Assembly (NCBI GenBank): GCA_963787125.1
Contig: CAWBBV010000024.1
Span: 110,114-174,113 of the forward strand
Direction: 5' to 3'
From: an uncultured delta proteobacterium
GTDB taxonomy: Bacteria; Desulfobacterota; Desulfuromonadia; Geobacterales; DSM-12255
DNA: 64,000 bases
In this document: positions 42,560 through 50,720 of the stretch, piece after piece
Layout of the letters: each line of letters opens with the position of its first letter
Numbering within the stretch: the first letter of the stretch is position 1
Program-made: the position numbers and the translations under genes
Notes under the pieces: model-generated
The model's input: only the letters and a program-made list of their open reading frames with translations
Database searches by the model: none
Told to the model about the DNA's origin: nothing

Positions 42560-42754
42560 ATGACATACAAGATAGTTTCAACACTGCTGCTGGTTATTAT
42601 TTCTGCCGCACTACTGGTAAACCTGGCGTTCAAGGTAAAGCTTAACGCTTCATCAGGGGAGGGTCCACGGCTACAGACAGCAACAAAAGGCTGCTGCGGC
42701 AGCGGTGGCGGCGGCTGTGGCGCAAAAATTCAAAATCAGGTTAAAGGAGAGTGA
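42560..42754 (+). CDS. Small membrane-anchored protein with Cys-rich tail
   Basis: AAGGAGG RBS; N-terminal TM; GCCGSGGGGCG. Confidence 0.6.
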   Translation: MTYKIVSTLLLVIISAALLVNLAFKVKLNASSGEGPRLQTATKGCCGSGGGGCGAKIQNQVKGE

Positions 42755-42755
42755 C

Positions 42756-43211
42756 ATGAGTTTCAGAAGAAGGGTGGTCGCAGTCGTAACTTTAACAGTG
42801 CTGTGCGCAGGGGTCTTGACGGCCGGTGCTTTTTCGCTCGGCAAGTATGAAAAGGTCAAACCGTCCGGCGGCGTCGTCACCATAGCGACCGCCAAACTGG
42901 CCGATGGCAAGGCACATTTCTACAAGTTTGAAGATGGTGGCAAGGAGATTGCTTTTTTTGCCGCCAAGGCAGCTGACGGCAGCTACAAGGCTGCTTTTGA
43001 CGCCTGTGACTCCTGTTTCAAGTCTAAAAAAGGGTATGAGCAGGCAGGGGACAAGATGAACTGCAAAAACTGCAACCAGAAGTTCGCCATAGCCAAGCTC
43101 GGTCCCAATGCCACCGGTGGCTGCAATCCCGGCTATCTGCCGTCTCAGCAGAGCGGCGGGGCTATTTTGATCAAAGTGGAAGATATTAAAGCCGGGGCGA
43201 AATACTTCTGA
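42756..43211 (+). CDS. DUF2318 Fe-S/metal-binding periplasmic protein
   Basis: AFDACDSC, CKNC, GGCNP motifs. Confidence 0.85.
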   Translation: MSFRRRVVAVVTLTVLCAGVLTAGAFSLGKYEKVKPSGGVVTIATAKLADGKAHFYKFEDGGKEIAFFAAKAADGSYKAAFDACDSCFKSKKGYEQAGDKMNCKNCNQKFAIAKLGPNATGGCNPGYLPSQQSGGAILIKVEDIKAGAKYF

Positions 43212-44371
43212 TGCAACTGCACACTATCTCCATCAACAACCTGAAACGCCGTAAAGCCAAGATGGCATTTCTGACAATCGGTCTGGCTGTCGGCATTGCC
43301 ACCATTGTCACTCTGGTAACCCTGACCCGTTCAATGTCCAGTGATATTGAACGGAAAATGGATGAATTCGGTGCCAATATTCTTGTCACCCCGCAAAGCA
43401 ATGGCCTGGCCATGAACTATGGTGGCATCAGCCTGGGTGGGGTCAGCTTTGATCAGCGCGAAATCAAAGAGGCAGATCTTGCCAGGATCAAGACCATCGA
43501 AAACCACAAGAATATTGCTACCATCTCACCTAAAGTGCTCGGGGGGCTCAAGGTCAAAAACCACGATGTTCTTCTGGTCGGGGTGAATTTCGAGAGCGAA
43601 CTGAAGATGAAGCAGTGGTGGAAGGTTTTTGGTCAAACACCCCAAAATAGCAGCGAACTTCTTCTCGGCAGCGATGCAGCCAAGGTTCTTGATGTCATGA
43701 CCGGCGACCCTTTGATCATGAAGGGCGAAACGTTTAAAGTGGTCGGCATCCTGGATCAGACCGGCTCGCAGGATGACTCTCTGGTCTTTGTTTCGCTGCC
43801 AAAAGCGCAGAAACTGCTCGGTAAGGAGGGGAGGATCACTCTGGCCGAAGTGGCTGCTCTCTGTTCCGGTTGTCCAATCGGTGACATGGTGAACCAGATC
43901 GCCGAAAAAATCCCCGCTGCCAAGGTATCGGCTATCCAGCAGGTCGTTGAGGGGCGACTCAAAGCCCTTGATCAGTTTAAACGTTTCTCTTATGCCATGG
44001 CGGCGGTGGTAACCTTTATCGGTTCTATGATCGTTTTCGTGACCATGATGGGGAGTGTTAACGAGCGGACAACCGAGATCGGCGTCTTTAGGGCCATCGG
44101 TTTCAGAAAGAGCCATATTATGCGGATCATTCTGCTGGAAGCCGCGCTGGTAAGCCTTTTGGCAGGGTTTATCGGTTACGCTGCCGGTATGGGTGGCACA
44201 ACACTGGCGCTGCCGTTTATGGCCGAGAGCAAGAGTGCCCACCTCGTTTGGGATGTTAGCGTGGCATTCGGTTCAATCGGTCTGGCAGTTGCGTTGGGGC
44301 TTGTGGCAAGTATTTATCCGGCGCTGCATGCCAGCAAGATGGATCCGACAGAAGCGCTAAGGGCACTTTGA
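43211..44371 (+). CDS. MacB/FtsX-type ABC permease
   Basis: FGANILV, SVNERTTEIGVFRAIGF, YPA..ASKMDPTEAL; CSGCP motif. Confidence 0.9.
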   Translation: MQLHTISINNLKRRKAKMAFLTIGLAVGIATIVTLVTLTRSMSSDIERKMDEFGANILVTPQSNGLAMNYGGISLGGVSFDQREIKEADLARIKTIENHKNIATISPKVLGGLKVKNHDVLLVGVNFESELKMKQWWKVFGQTPQNSSELLLGSDAAKVLDVMTGDPLIMKGETFKVVGILDQTGSQDDSLVFVSLPKAQKLLGKEGRITLAEVAALCSGCPIGDMVNQIAEKIPAAKVSAIQQVVEGRLKALDQFKRFSYAMAAVVTFIGSMIVFVTMMGSVNERTTEIGVFRAIGFRKSHIMRIILLEAALVSLLAGFIGYAAGMGGTTLALPFMAESKSAHLVWDVSVAFGSIGLAVALGLVASIYPALHASKMDPTEALRAL

Positions 44372-44383
44372 ACTAAACCTTTT

Positions 44384-44554
44384 AATAGAACGCGGATGAC
44401 GCGGATTGGGCGGATTTACGCAGATGTTAAATGCAAAAATGATTCAAGGGCTAAATCGAATCAAGTTTTTTCATTTCGTGGTTTGCTTTTACCTGTTTTG
44501 TAAGGTTTTAAAATCCGTCTTTATCCGCTAAATCCGCGTCATCCGCGTTCTATT
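44384..44554. mobile_element. Empty CGCGGAT inverted-repeat element (copy 1)
   Basis: Left arm AATAGAACGCGGATGACGCGGATTGGGCGGATTTACGCAGAT; right arm ATCCGTCTTTATCCGCTAAATCCGCGTCATCCGCGTTCTATT. Confidence 0.85.
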
Positions 44555-44576
44555 GCTTTTGAATATGGAGTTAGAA

Positions 44577-45242
44577 ATGGCACTTATCGAAATGAAAAAC
44601 GTGAAAAAGCACTACGCCAGCGGCGGTGATGTTGTCGAGGCGCTGCGCGGTGTTGATATCTGTATCGAGACCGGTGAATTCATCACTATCATGGGGCAGT
44701 CCGGTTCCGGCAAAAGCACGCTCCTGTCGGTCCTGGGGGGGATGAATCACCCAACCGCAGGTGAGGTTGAGATGGCCGGGGTGAAGCTGTATCAACTACC
44801 GGGCGAACAACTTGCCGATTTTCGGGCTCAGAATCTGGGCTTTGTTTTTCAGTCGTTCCACCTGATCTCATATCTGACCGCCATCGAGAATGTCATGCTG
44901 CCGCTGGCCATCGTCAGGATGAAGACCACCGCAAAACGGGCTGTAGCACAACAGGCTCTGGAGCGGGTAGGACTCGGTGCCAAACTTGACCGTCTTCCCA
45001 ATCAGCTCTCCGGCGGCGAGCAGGAGCGGGTAGCCATTGCCAGGGCGATAGTTAATAACCCGAAAATTCTGCTGGCTGATGAGCCGACCGGCAATCTGGA
45101 CTCCAAGACCAGCGAAGAGGTCATGGCGCTCTTCAGAGAGTTGAATAGCGCCGGCCAGACCGTGGTAATGGTGACACACAATGCTGACAACTGCCGTTAT
45201 GCTGACAGGAGTATTGTGTTGAGAGATGGTGTAGTTGTCTGA
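44577..45242 (+). CDS. ABC ATP-binding protein (LolD/MacB family)
   Basis: [28 protein letters not shown]. Confidence 0.92.
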   Translation: MALIEMKNVKKHYASGGDVVEALRGVDICIETGEFITIMGQSGSGKSTLLSVLGGMNHPTAGEVEMAGVKLYQLPGEQLADFRAQNLGFVFQSFHLISYLTAIENVMLPLAIVRMKTTAKRAVAQQALERVGLGAKLDRLPNQLSGGEQERVAIARAIVNNPKILLADEPTGNLDSKTSEEVMALFRELNSAGQTVVMVTHNADNCRYADRSIVLRDGVVV

Positions 45243-45495
45243 TGATTTATCAGTGCGACGGGTGAGAGTGTCTTCGACGCTCAAAAAAACAGAGATGAAT
45301 TGCAATGTTTCCGGATAGTTGCTTCAACTTCGGCATGCCGAACTTCCGACAAAATCAGTCTTGTTAGCATATGTTTGGTATGACACGACACGTCGGACCC
45401 AACTTCTTAAAGGCACTGCTAAAATAAAAGCGAAAAATTCTTTACACTATCAGGTTAACCGGCTTAACTCTTCCCGTGCCACCCGCAGTGCGCGC

Positions 45496-45538
45496 AAAAA
45501 GGCCGTGTAGCCTTTGCATCGGGCTTCACGGCCTTTTT
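45496..45538. terminator. Bidirectional terminator-like hairpin
   Basis: AAAAAGGCCGTG..CACGGCCTTTTT. Confidence 0.7.
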
Positions 45539-45567
45539 ATTGGTTGAATCTGTCTCGTGTCAAGGGC
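45521..45567 (+). repeat. 47-bp direct repeat, copy A
   Basis: 40/47 identical to 46249-46295. Confidence 0.85.
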
Positions 45568-45579
45568 TGCCTAGGCAGT

Positions 45580-45843
45580 CTACCTGTCTATAGTGTCATG
45601 GGTGCCATTGCCGGTTTTACAGCGTGCATAAACATATTCAGGATCAAGGTCAACCCCGCAATCCCATTCAACAGTGTCAAACGCGACCCTGACTCGATTG
45701 AAAGCGTCATAGTCCTTTATTTGCTTGAATACGCCAAAATCAAGAATGGGCTTCATGTCGAGGATGCCATTTTCACCATTATCAAAAACAATCGAAAGAG
45801 TGTAGTCCTCACCAGGAACAACAGCTGTTACCGAAGGGTACAT
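45580..45843 (-). CDS. DUF2442 family protein (putative antitoxin)
   Basis: VTAVVPGEDYTLSIVFDNG..TVEW..DLDPE. Confidence 0.85.
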   Translation of the reverse strand: MYPSVTAVVPGEDYTLSIVFDNGENGILDMKPILDFGVFKQIKDYDAFNRVRVAFDTVEWDCGVDLDPEYVYARCKTGNGTHDTIDR

Positions 45844-45854
45844 AATTTGACTCC

Positions 45855-46121
45855 TTACTGTAGAGGTTGAATCTTGAACGGCTCTTCTCCGTTCATAACG
45901 AGTTTCCAGTCTGCCATCAAGTCTTCCTGATGTAGTTCTGCCCAGGCGAGAGCCAGTTTTGTCTGTCTGCGGGGCAAATTCCCTTCAATTATTTCGCAAG
46001 TCCGAATATCAACAGATGCCTTGAATTCATTGTAGTAGACATGGAAATGTGGTGGCGGATGCTCATCAGGGGCAAAATACATCCGGATTATAATTCCGTA
46101 GAACATTGAAATAGTCGGCAT
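45855..46121 (-). CDS. DUF4160 family protein (putative toxin)
   Basis: MPTISMFYGIIIRMYF..EHPPPHFHV..WAELH..W..IQPL. Confidence 0.9.
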   Translation of the reverse strand: MPTISMFYGIIIRMYFAPDEHPPPHFHVYYNEFKASVDIRTCEIIEGNLPRRQTKLALAWAELHQEDLMADWKLVMNGEEPFKIQPLQ

Positions 46122-46248
46122 AGAATTAGCCTCCAAAATTTATGCATGTAAATTAATCGGATTCTCTTGTAGGCACAAAAGGGTAATTCGCACTATAAAA
46201 TAAATTCAGTAAAATGTGTAGTGTTGACACCGGCTGATTATGGATATT

Positions 46249-46295
46249 GGGCTTCACGGTCGATATAGTGGTTCAATATGTCTCGTGTCAAGGGC
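46249..46295 (+). repeat. 47-bp direct repeat, copy B
   Basis: GGGCTTCACGG..TGTCTCGTGTCAAGGGC. Confidence 0.85.
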
Positions 46296-46499
46296 AGACC
46301 CTGCCTGGCATGTTCGGTGGACTATAGAATGTCCCCCCTAGGCGTCCCATGGCTGATTTATCAAAGAGCATGAAACGATGGGTAATAAATGTCAGTTGAT
46401 TCGCTACACGGCTGAGTCTCTAAGCTTCTCAAGAAAGTTAATTTGGGCAACAGGCCGTCGAGGGCTGACCCTGCCGGTGTTAAGAAAACCGAGGCCGAG

Positions 46500-47141
46500 T
46501 TACTTGCTTTTCAATGCAATTATACTTTGTATAAACAATGCAAAAAATATAATTGAATATATCCAATAGCCATTTAAAGCGGTAAAAACACTTACAATTA
46601 AAGTCACTATAACAGCAAAAATATTAGTAAACAAATGTCGCTTTTCAGCTTCAATCTTTGTATTAAAACCAAGCTCAGTAATTTTCGATAAAAATTCTGT
46701 TGCACATTCTTTGCTTTCGACATCTAAAGATTCCAAACAGGGCTGACCTGATAAAATTGTAAATAGGCAGGTATTTTGAGCGTCTTTTATCATTAACCAT
46801 GAAGAATAATCTTTGCTACGCCCAGAATTTCCGATCCATATTACTTGAGAATCATCTTTAGTAAATTTAAGTTGGTAGGACTTCAATTTTAAATCTTCAA
46901 GTGTTAATACGATAGCGTCATCGTTAAACACAAGAACAGCCGGTGTGGGGGCTTTATAGGTTTTGAAAGTCCCTCCGTGGTATAAATATGCATTGTATGA
47001 TCCTATTATCTTTTCGCCAGAGGCAAAAGCAATCTTCCTTAATTCATCAATAGATGCTGCAACCTTTTTCTCTAATGAATACGTGTATATAAAGATACCC
47101 GCAGTGAAAAAAAACAAAATTACGAATATTACTCCAATCAT
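46500..47141 (-). CDS. Hypothetical AT-rich membrane protein
   Basis: 213-aa ORF; N-terminal TM and two C-terminal TM; GAGGTG RBS. Confidence 0.65.
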   Translation of the reverse strand: MIGVIFVILFFFTAGIFIYTYSLEKKVAASIDELRKIAFASGEKIIGSYNAYLYHGGTFKTYKAPTPAVLVFNDDAIVLTLEDLKLKSYQLKFTKDDSQVIWIGNSGRSKDYSSWLMIKDAQNTCLFTILSGQPCLESLDVESKECATEFLSKITELGFNTKIEAEKRHLFTNIFAVIVTLIVSVFTALNGYWIYSIIFFALFIQSIIALKSK

Positions 47142-47282
47142 GACTCACCTCAATATTTATAATATCGGTCAACTCGTCCTTGATCAGACGACTTCTGGTA
47201 TATACAAGTGGGCTGCCACTAGCTGCTTTGACACCTCTCGTCTGAACCTCATCACGACCTGACTTCCTCTCGCCCACCTCTA

Positions 47283-47394
47283 CCCTGAAACCCTGAAACC
47301 CTGAAACCCTGAAACCCTGAAACCCTGAAACCCTGAAACCCTGAAACCCTGAAACCCTGAAACCCTGAAACCCTGAAACCCTGAAACCCTGAAA
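47283..47394. repeat. Perfect tandem repeat (CCCTGAAA)14
   Basis: 14 exact 8-bp units counted. Confidence 0.97.
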
Positions 47395-47622
47395 ATTCCC
47401 GCTTGCGGGAATTTTGACTTAAGTGCCTGATTTATGTCAATTGACCCCTGAAAACGCCTGTTTTTTTCTGCGGTTTTTGTGCCGCCGCATCGCGACACAG
47501 AATAATATCCGCATTAACAATCCCTGCTATAAAAACATGTTAAGCAAATTTCTAACAGATTACAGCAGGTTAGACAACTGAATTGAAGGGGCGCTGCTTC
47601 TGCTTAACTTACCATGCAGTGG

Positions 47623-47739
47623 TGTAGAATATCATACAGCTGGAGTGGAATATTCCTCTCAATTGTCAACGCAGAATCGCCAACCCACACTTATATGCTC
47701 ATAAAAACAGCTGGTTAAGCAATTGGCACGATATCTGAT
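47623..47739 (+). promoter_or_regulatory. Putative sigma54 promoter with paired upstream activator boxes
   Basis: TTGGCACG-N4-CTGA at 47723; GAATAT boxes at 47627 and 47648. Confidence 0.55.
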
Positions 47740-47781
47740 ATACTCCATAGCAATCACGCAGTATTCATCTTCGAGGGTGCC

Positions 47782-49062
47782 ATGAAATTCTTACTGCCAA
47801 TTATCGCTATTATTCTATTCACGAGCTCAGTGGTTTCAGCTGAGGAGACCGGGGCGAGTGAAAATCTCCCTGATCTTATCGCTGAATCTCTCAAAAACAA
47901 TCCCGAACTTAAATCCTCAACCGCCCGCTGGCAGATGTATACCGGCAAGATCAAGCAGGTCTCTTCCTGGGAAGACCCGATGCTGATGCTGAAGCTGCAA
48001 AATATGGTCATCCGCAATCCGCTCTCCTTTGATAAGGATACGACGACGGCGAAGGTTATCGGTCTTACCCAGCAGATTCCGTTTCCGGGGAAGCTGGAGC
48101 TGAAGGCAGAGGTTGCCCGTTATGAGGCTGATTCCTATCGCTGGCAGACCGAGGAGCGCAAACTTGAACTGGCCAGGATGGTGAAGGAGCTGTACTACCA
48201 GCTCTACGCCGTCGACAAGGCTCTGGAGACGGTTGATAAAAATCTGTCGGTTATGGAAGATCTGCTGAAAATTGCCGAGATCCGCTATTCGGTCGGGCAG
48301 GGGGCACAGGCAGATATTCTGCGGGGTGGTGTGGAGAAGTCGAAGCTGCTGGAGACGCAGATTACGCTCCAGCAGCAGCGCAAGAGCCTTGCCGCCAATA
48401 TGGACTATCTGCTGGCCCGCACTTCCGGAACGAGCTTCAGCAAGGTGGCAGACTTTGAGCTGCCAGCCGTTGTCAAGAGCCGGGAAGAGCTGCGTGAGCT
48501 GGCTTACAGTAGTCGTCCCCAGATTAAAAGTCTGGCAAGCCTCTCAAACAAGGGGCTGGCAGCACACAAGCTGGCAGCGCGGGAGTCCTACCCTGATTTC
48601 AGCCTTTCGCTGGAGTACATGCAGCGTGTGTCGGCCATGAGTGATCCCGGTTATGACATGTACAGTCTGGCGTTAAGTTTTAACCTGCCATTGCAGAAAG
48701 AGCGGCGTGAAGCGATGAAAGCGGAGTCTGCCTCTGAAAGCAGGATGGCTGACGAAGAGATTAATGCTCTCAAGAGCAGTATCAGCTATGGTATCGCTGA
48801 TAATCTGGCAACCATGGAACGGCGCAGAAAACTGGTCGAACTTTACCGGACTGGCCTTATTCCCCAGGCGGAGCAGTCGCTGGAATCATCTCTTATCGGC
48901 TATCGGGTCGGCAAGGTGGATTTTTCGGCTCTGCTGGACGGCAGGTCAAACCTCTTCACCTATGAACGGGAGCTGTCAGATTCAAGGGCTGAGTATATGA
49001 TGGCTTTGGCGCGGCTGGAGGCGGTGGTAGGGGTTGATTTGACCGGCAGTCAAAAGCAATAG
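47782..49062 (+). CDS. TolC-family outer membrane factor of heavy-metal RND pump (CusC/CzcC-like)
   Basis: Signal peptide; NNPEL, QQIPFPGKL, YRVGKVDF; upstream of MFP and CusA. Confidence 0.9.
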   Translation: MKFLLPIIAIILFTSSVVSAEETGASENLPDLIAESLKNNPELKSSTARWQMYTGKIKQVSSWEDPMLMLKLQNMVIRNPLSFDKDTTTAKVIGLTQQIPFPGKLELKAEVARYEADSYRWQTEERKLELARMVKELYYQLYAVDKALETVDKNLSVMEDLLKIAEIRYSVGQGAQADILRGGVEKSKLLETQITLQQQRKSLAANMDYLLARTSGTSFSKVADFELPAVVKSREELRELAYSSRPQIKSLASLSNKGLAAHKLAARESYPDFSLSLEYMQRVSAMSDPGYDMYSLALSFNLPLQKERREAMKAESASESRMADEEINALKSSISYGIADNLATMERRRKLVELYRTGLIPQAEQSLESSLIGYRVGKVDFSALLDGRSNLFTYERELSDSRAEYMMALARLEAVVGVDLTGSQKQ

Positions 49063-49307
49063 AACGCGGATGACGCGGATTGAGCGGATTTACACGGATT
49101 AACTGCAAAAGTAAGTAACCTGCAAAAAGCAGTTGAACCGCAAAGATGCAAAGAACACTAAAAAAAACGCAAAGTTATGAGCCAACAACGCTTAGCCTTA
49201 TTGGCTGAATGCTTAATTTGCTCAAGTAGTTTAATTTTTACCCTTTGCTGTTTCTTGTTGGCAACTTTTGTTTGATCAGCGAGAATCCGCTTAATCCGCG
49301 TTCCATT
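49058..49307. mobile_element. Empty CGCGGAT inverted-repeat element (copy 2) with nested GCAAAG repeats
   Basis: Left arm 49058-49100 supplies the TAG stop of the TolC gene; right arm 49275-49307. Confidence 0.85.
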
Positions 49308-49327
49308 AATGATTTTAAGAGGTTTGT

Positions 49328-50698
49328 ATGTCCATTAGAAAAATAGTGATATCGTTAATCATCCTGGCAGTAGTTGTCGCTATTGCCGGTGGCTGGCTTT
49401 ACAAAAACGGCTGGTTTGCCAAGGATGGCCATGGTCATTCAAAACTTGAGCATAAAGTGCAGCTCTGGACCTGCTCCATGCATCCGTTCATCATCAAGGA
49501 CAAGCCGGGCAGCTGCCCGATCTGCGGCATGGAACTGATCAAGAAGCTTGACGGCGCCACAGCCGCCGGGCCACAGACAGCGGAGCAGAAACAGCAGGCC
49601 GAGATGCTCGGTCATGTTTCCCTTTCGCCGACCCAAAGGGTTATGGCCAATGTCGCCACGGTAGCGGCAAAGCAGTCGACTCTGAGCAAGGAGATCAATG
49701 CTGTCGGCATTGTCCAGTATGATCAGTCACGCCAGGCCAAGGTAACCGCCTGGATTGCCGGGCGGATTGATCAGCTCCATGTCAGTAGCGTCGGCTCGCT
49801 CGTCAGCAAGGACAAGCCGGTTGCCGAGGTCTACTCGCCGGATCTACTGGCCTCACAGCAGGAGTATCTGCTGGCGGTCAAGAGCCGGGAGCAGCTGAAG
49901 AACTCTTCGATTCCCGGCATCGCCCAGAACGGCGAGGGACTGGTGGCGTCTGCCCGGCAGCGGCTGATGCTCTACGGGGTTAAGGAGAGCCAGATTCTTG
50001 AGCTGGAGAAGGCGGGCAAGCCGAACATCCGCCTCCCTATTTATACCCCGATCTCCGGCATCGTCATTGAAAAGATGGTACAGCAGGGGCAGTACGTCAA
50101 CACCGGCGAGGTCCTCTTTAATGTTGCCGATCTCTCCAGCGTCTGGGTTGAGGTGGAGGTTTACGAAAATGAATTTCCCAATATCCATGTCGGCCAACAG
50201 GTGGAGATACGTTCCCAGTCTTTCCCCAATAAACCGTTCACCGGCAAAATCGCTTTTATCTATCCTTTCCTCGACCCGAAAACCCGCACTGTCAAGGCGC
50301 GTGTTGAAATGCCCAATCCGGGGATGAAACTCAAACCGGATATGTTCGTCAATGCCATTATCAAGGTGCCGCTGGGGGCGGCAATAGTAGTGCCTGTCAC
50401 TGCAGTTATTGATACGGGCAAGCGGCAGGTTGTCTGGGTAGAGAGTTCTCCGGGGATGTTTGAACCGCGGGATGTGCAGGTCGGTCAGAGTAGCGGTGAA
50501 AAAATCCAGATCCTTTCCGGGATCAAATCGGGTGACAAGGTGGCCGTCTCCGGCGGTTATCTGATTGACTCGGAATCCCAGCTGAAAGGTGGCGGTAGTG
50601 TGGATCACAGCCAGCATGGCGGCTCCAAACCAGGGGAAAAACCTGAAGCGAAGCCTGCGAAGAAGGATTCGCTGAACATGGATGATATGAAGATGTAA
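49328..50698 (+). CDS. cusB: CusB-type membrane fusion protein with heavy-metal-binding domain
   Basis: WTCSMHP..CPICGM; YSPDL; YPFLDPKTRT; LIDSES. Confidence 0.88.
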   Translation: MSIRKIVISLIILAVVVAIAGGWLYKNGWFAKDGHGHSKLEHKVQLWTCSMHPFIIKDKPGSCPICGMELIKKLDGATAAGPQTAEQKQQAEMLGHVSLSPTQRVMANVATVAAKQSTLSKEINAVGIVQYDQSRQAKVTAWIAGRIDQLHVSSVGSLVSKDKPVAEVYSPDLLASQQEYLLAVKSREQLKNSSIPGIAQNGEGLVASARQRLMLYGVKESQILELEKAGKPNIRLPIYTPISGIVIEKMVQQGQYVNTGEVLFNVADLSSVWVEVEVYENEFPNIHVGQQVEIRSQSFPNKPFTGKIAFIYPFLDPKTRTVKARVEMPNPGMKLKPDMFVNAIIKVPLGAAIVVPVTAVIDTGKRQVVWVESSPGMFEPRDVQVGQSSGEKIQILSGIKSGDKVAVSGGYLIDSESQLKGGGSVDHSQHGGSKPGEKPEAKPAKKDSLNMDDMKM

Positions 50699-50720
50699 AT
50701 AAAAACATAACGTCAAGGCC

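Noticed and set aside
45319..45510. 63-aa ORF downstream of the ABC ATPase
   Set aside because: No RBS or motif; runs into a terminator hairpin
47280..47498. 72-aa ORF with FQGFRVSG repeats
   Set aside because: Simply the translation of the 8-bp tandem repeat; no RBS
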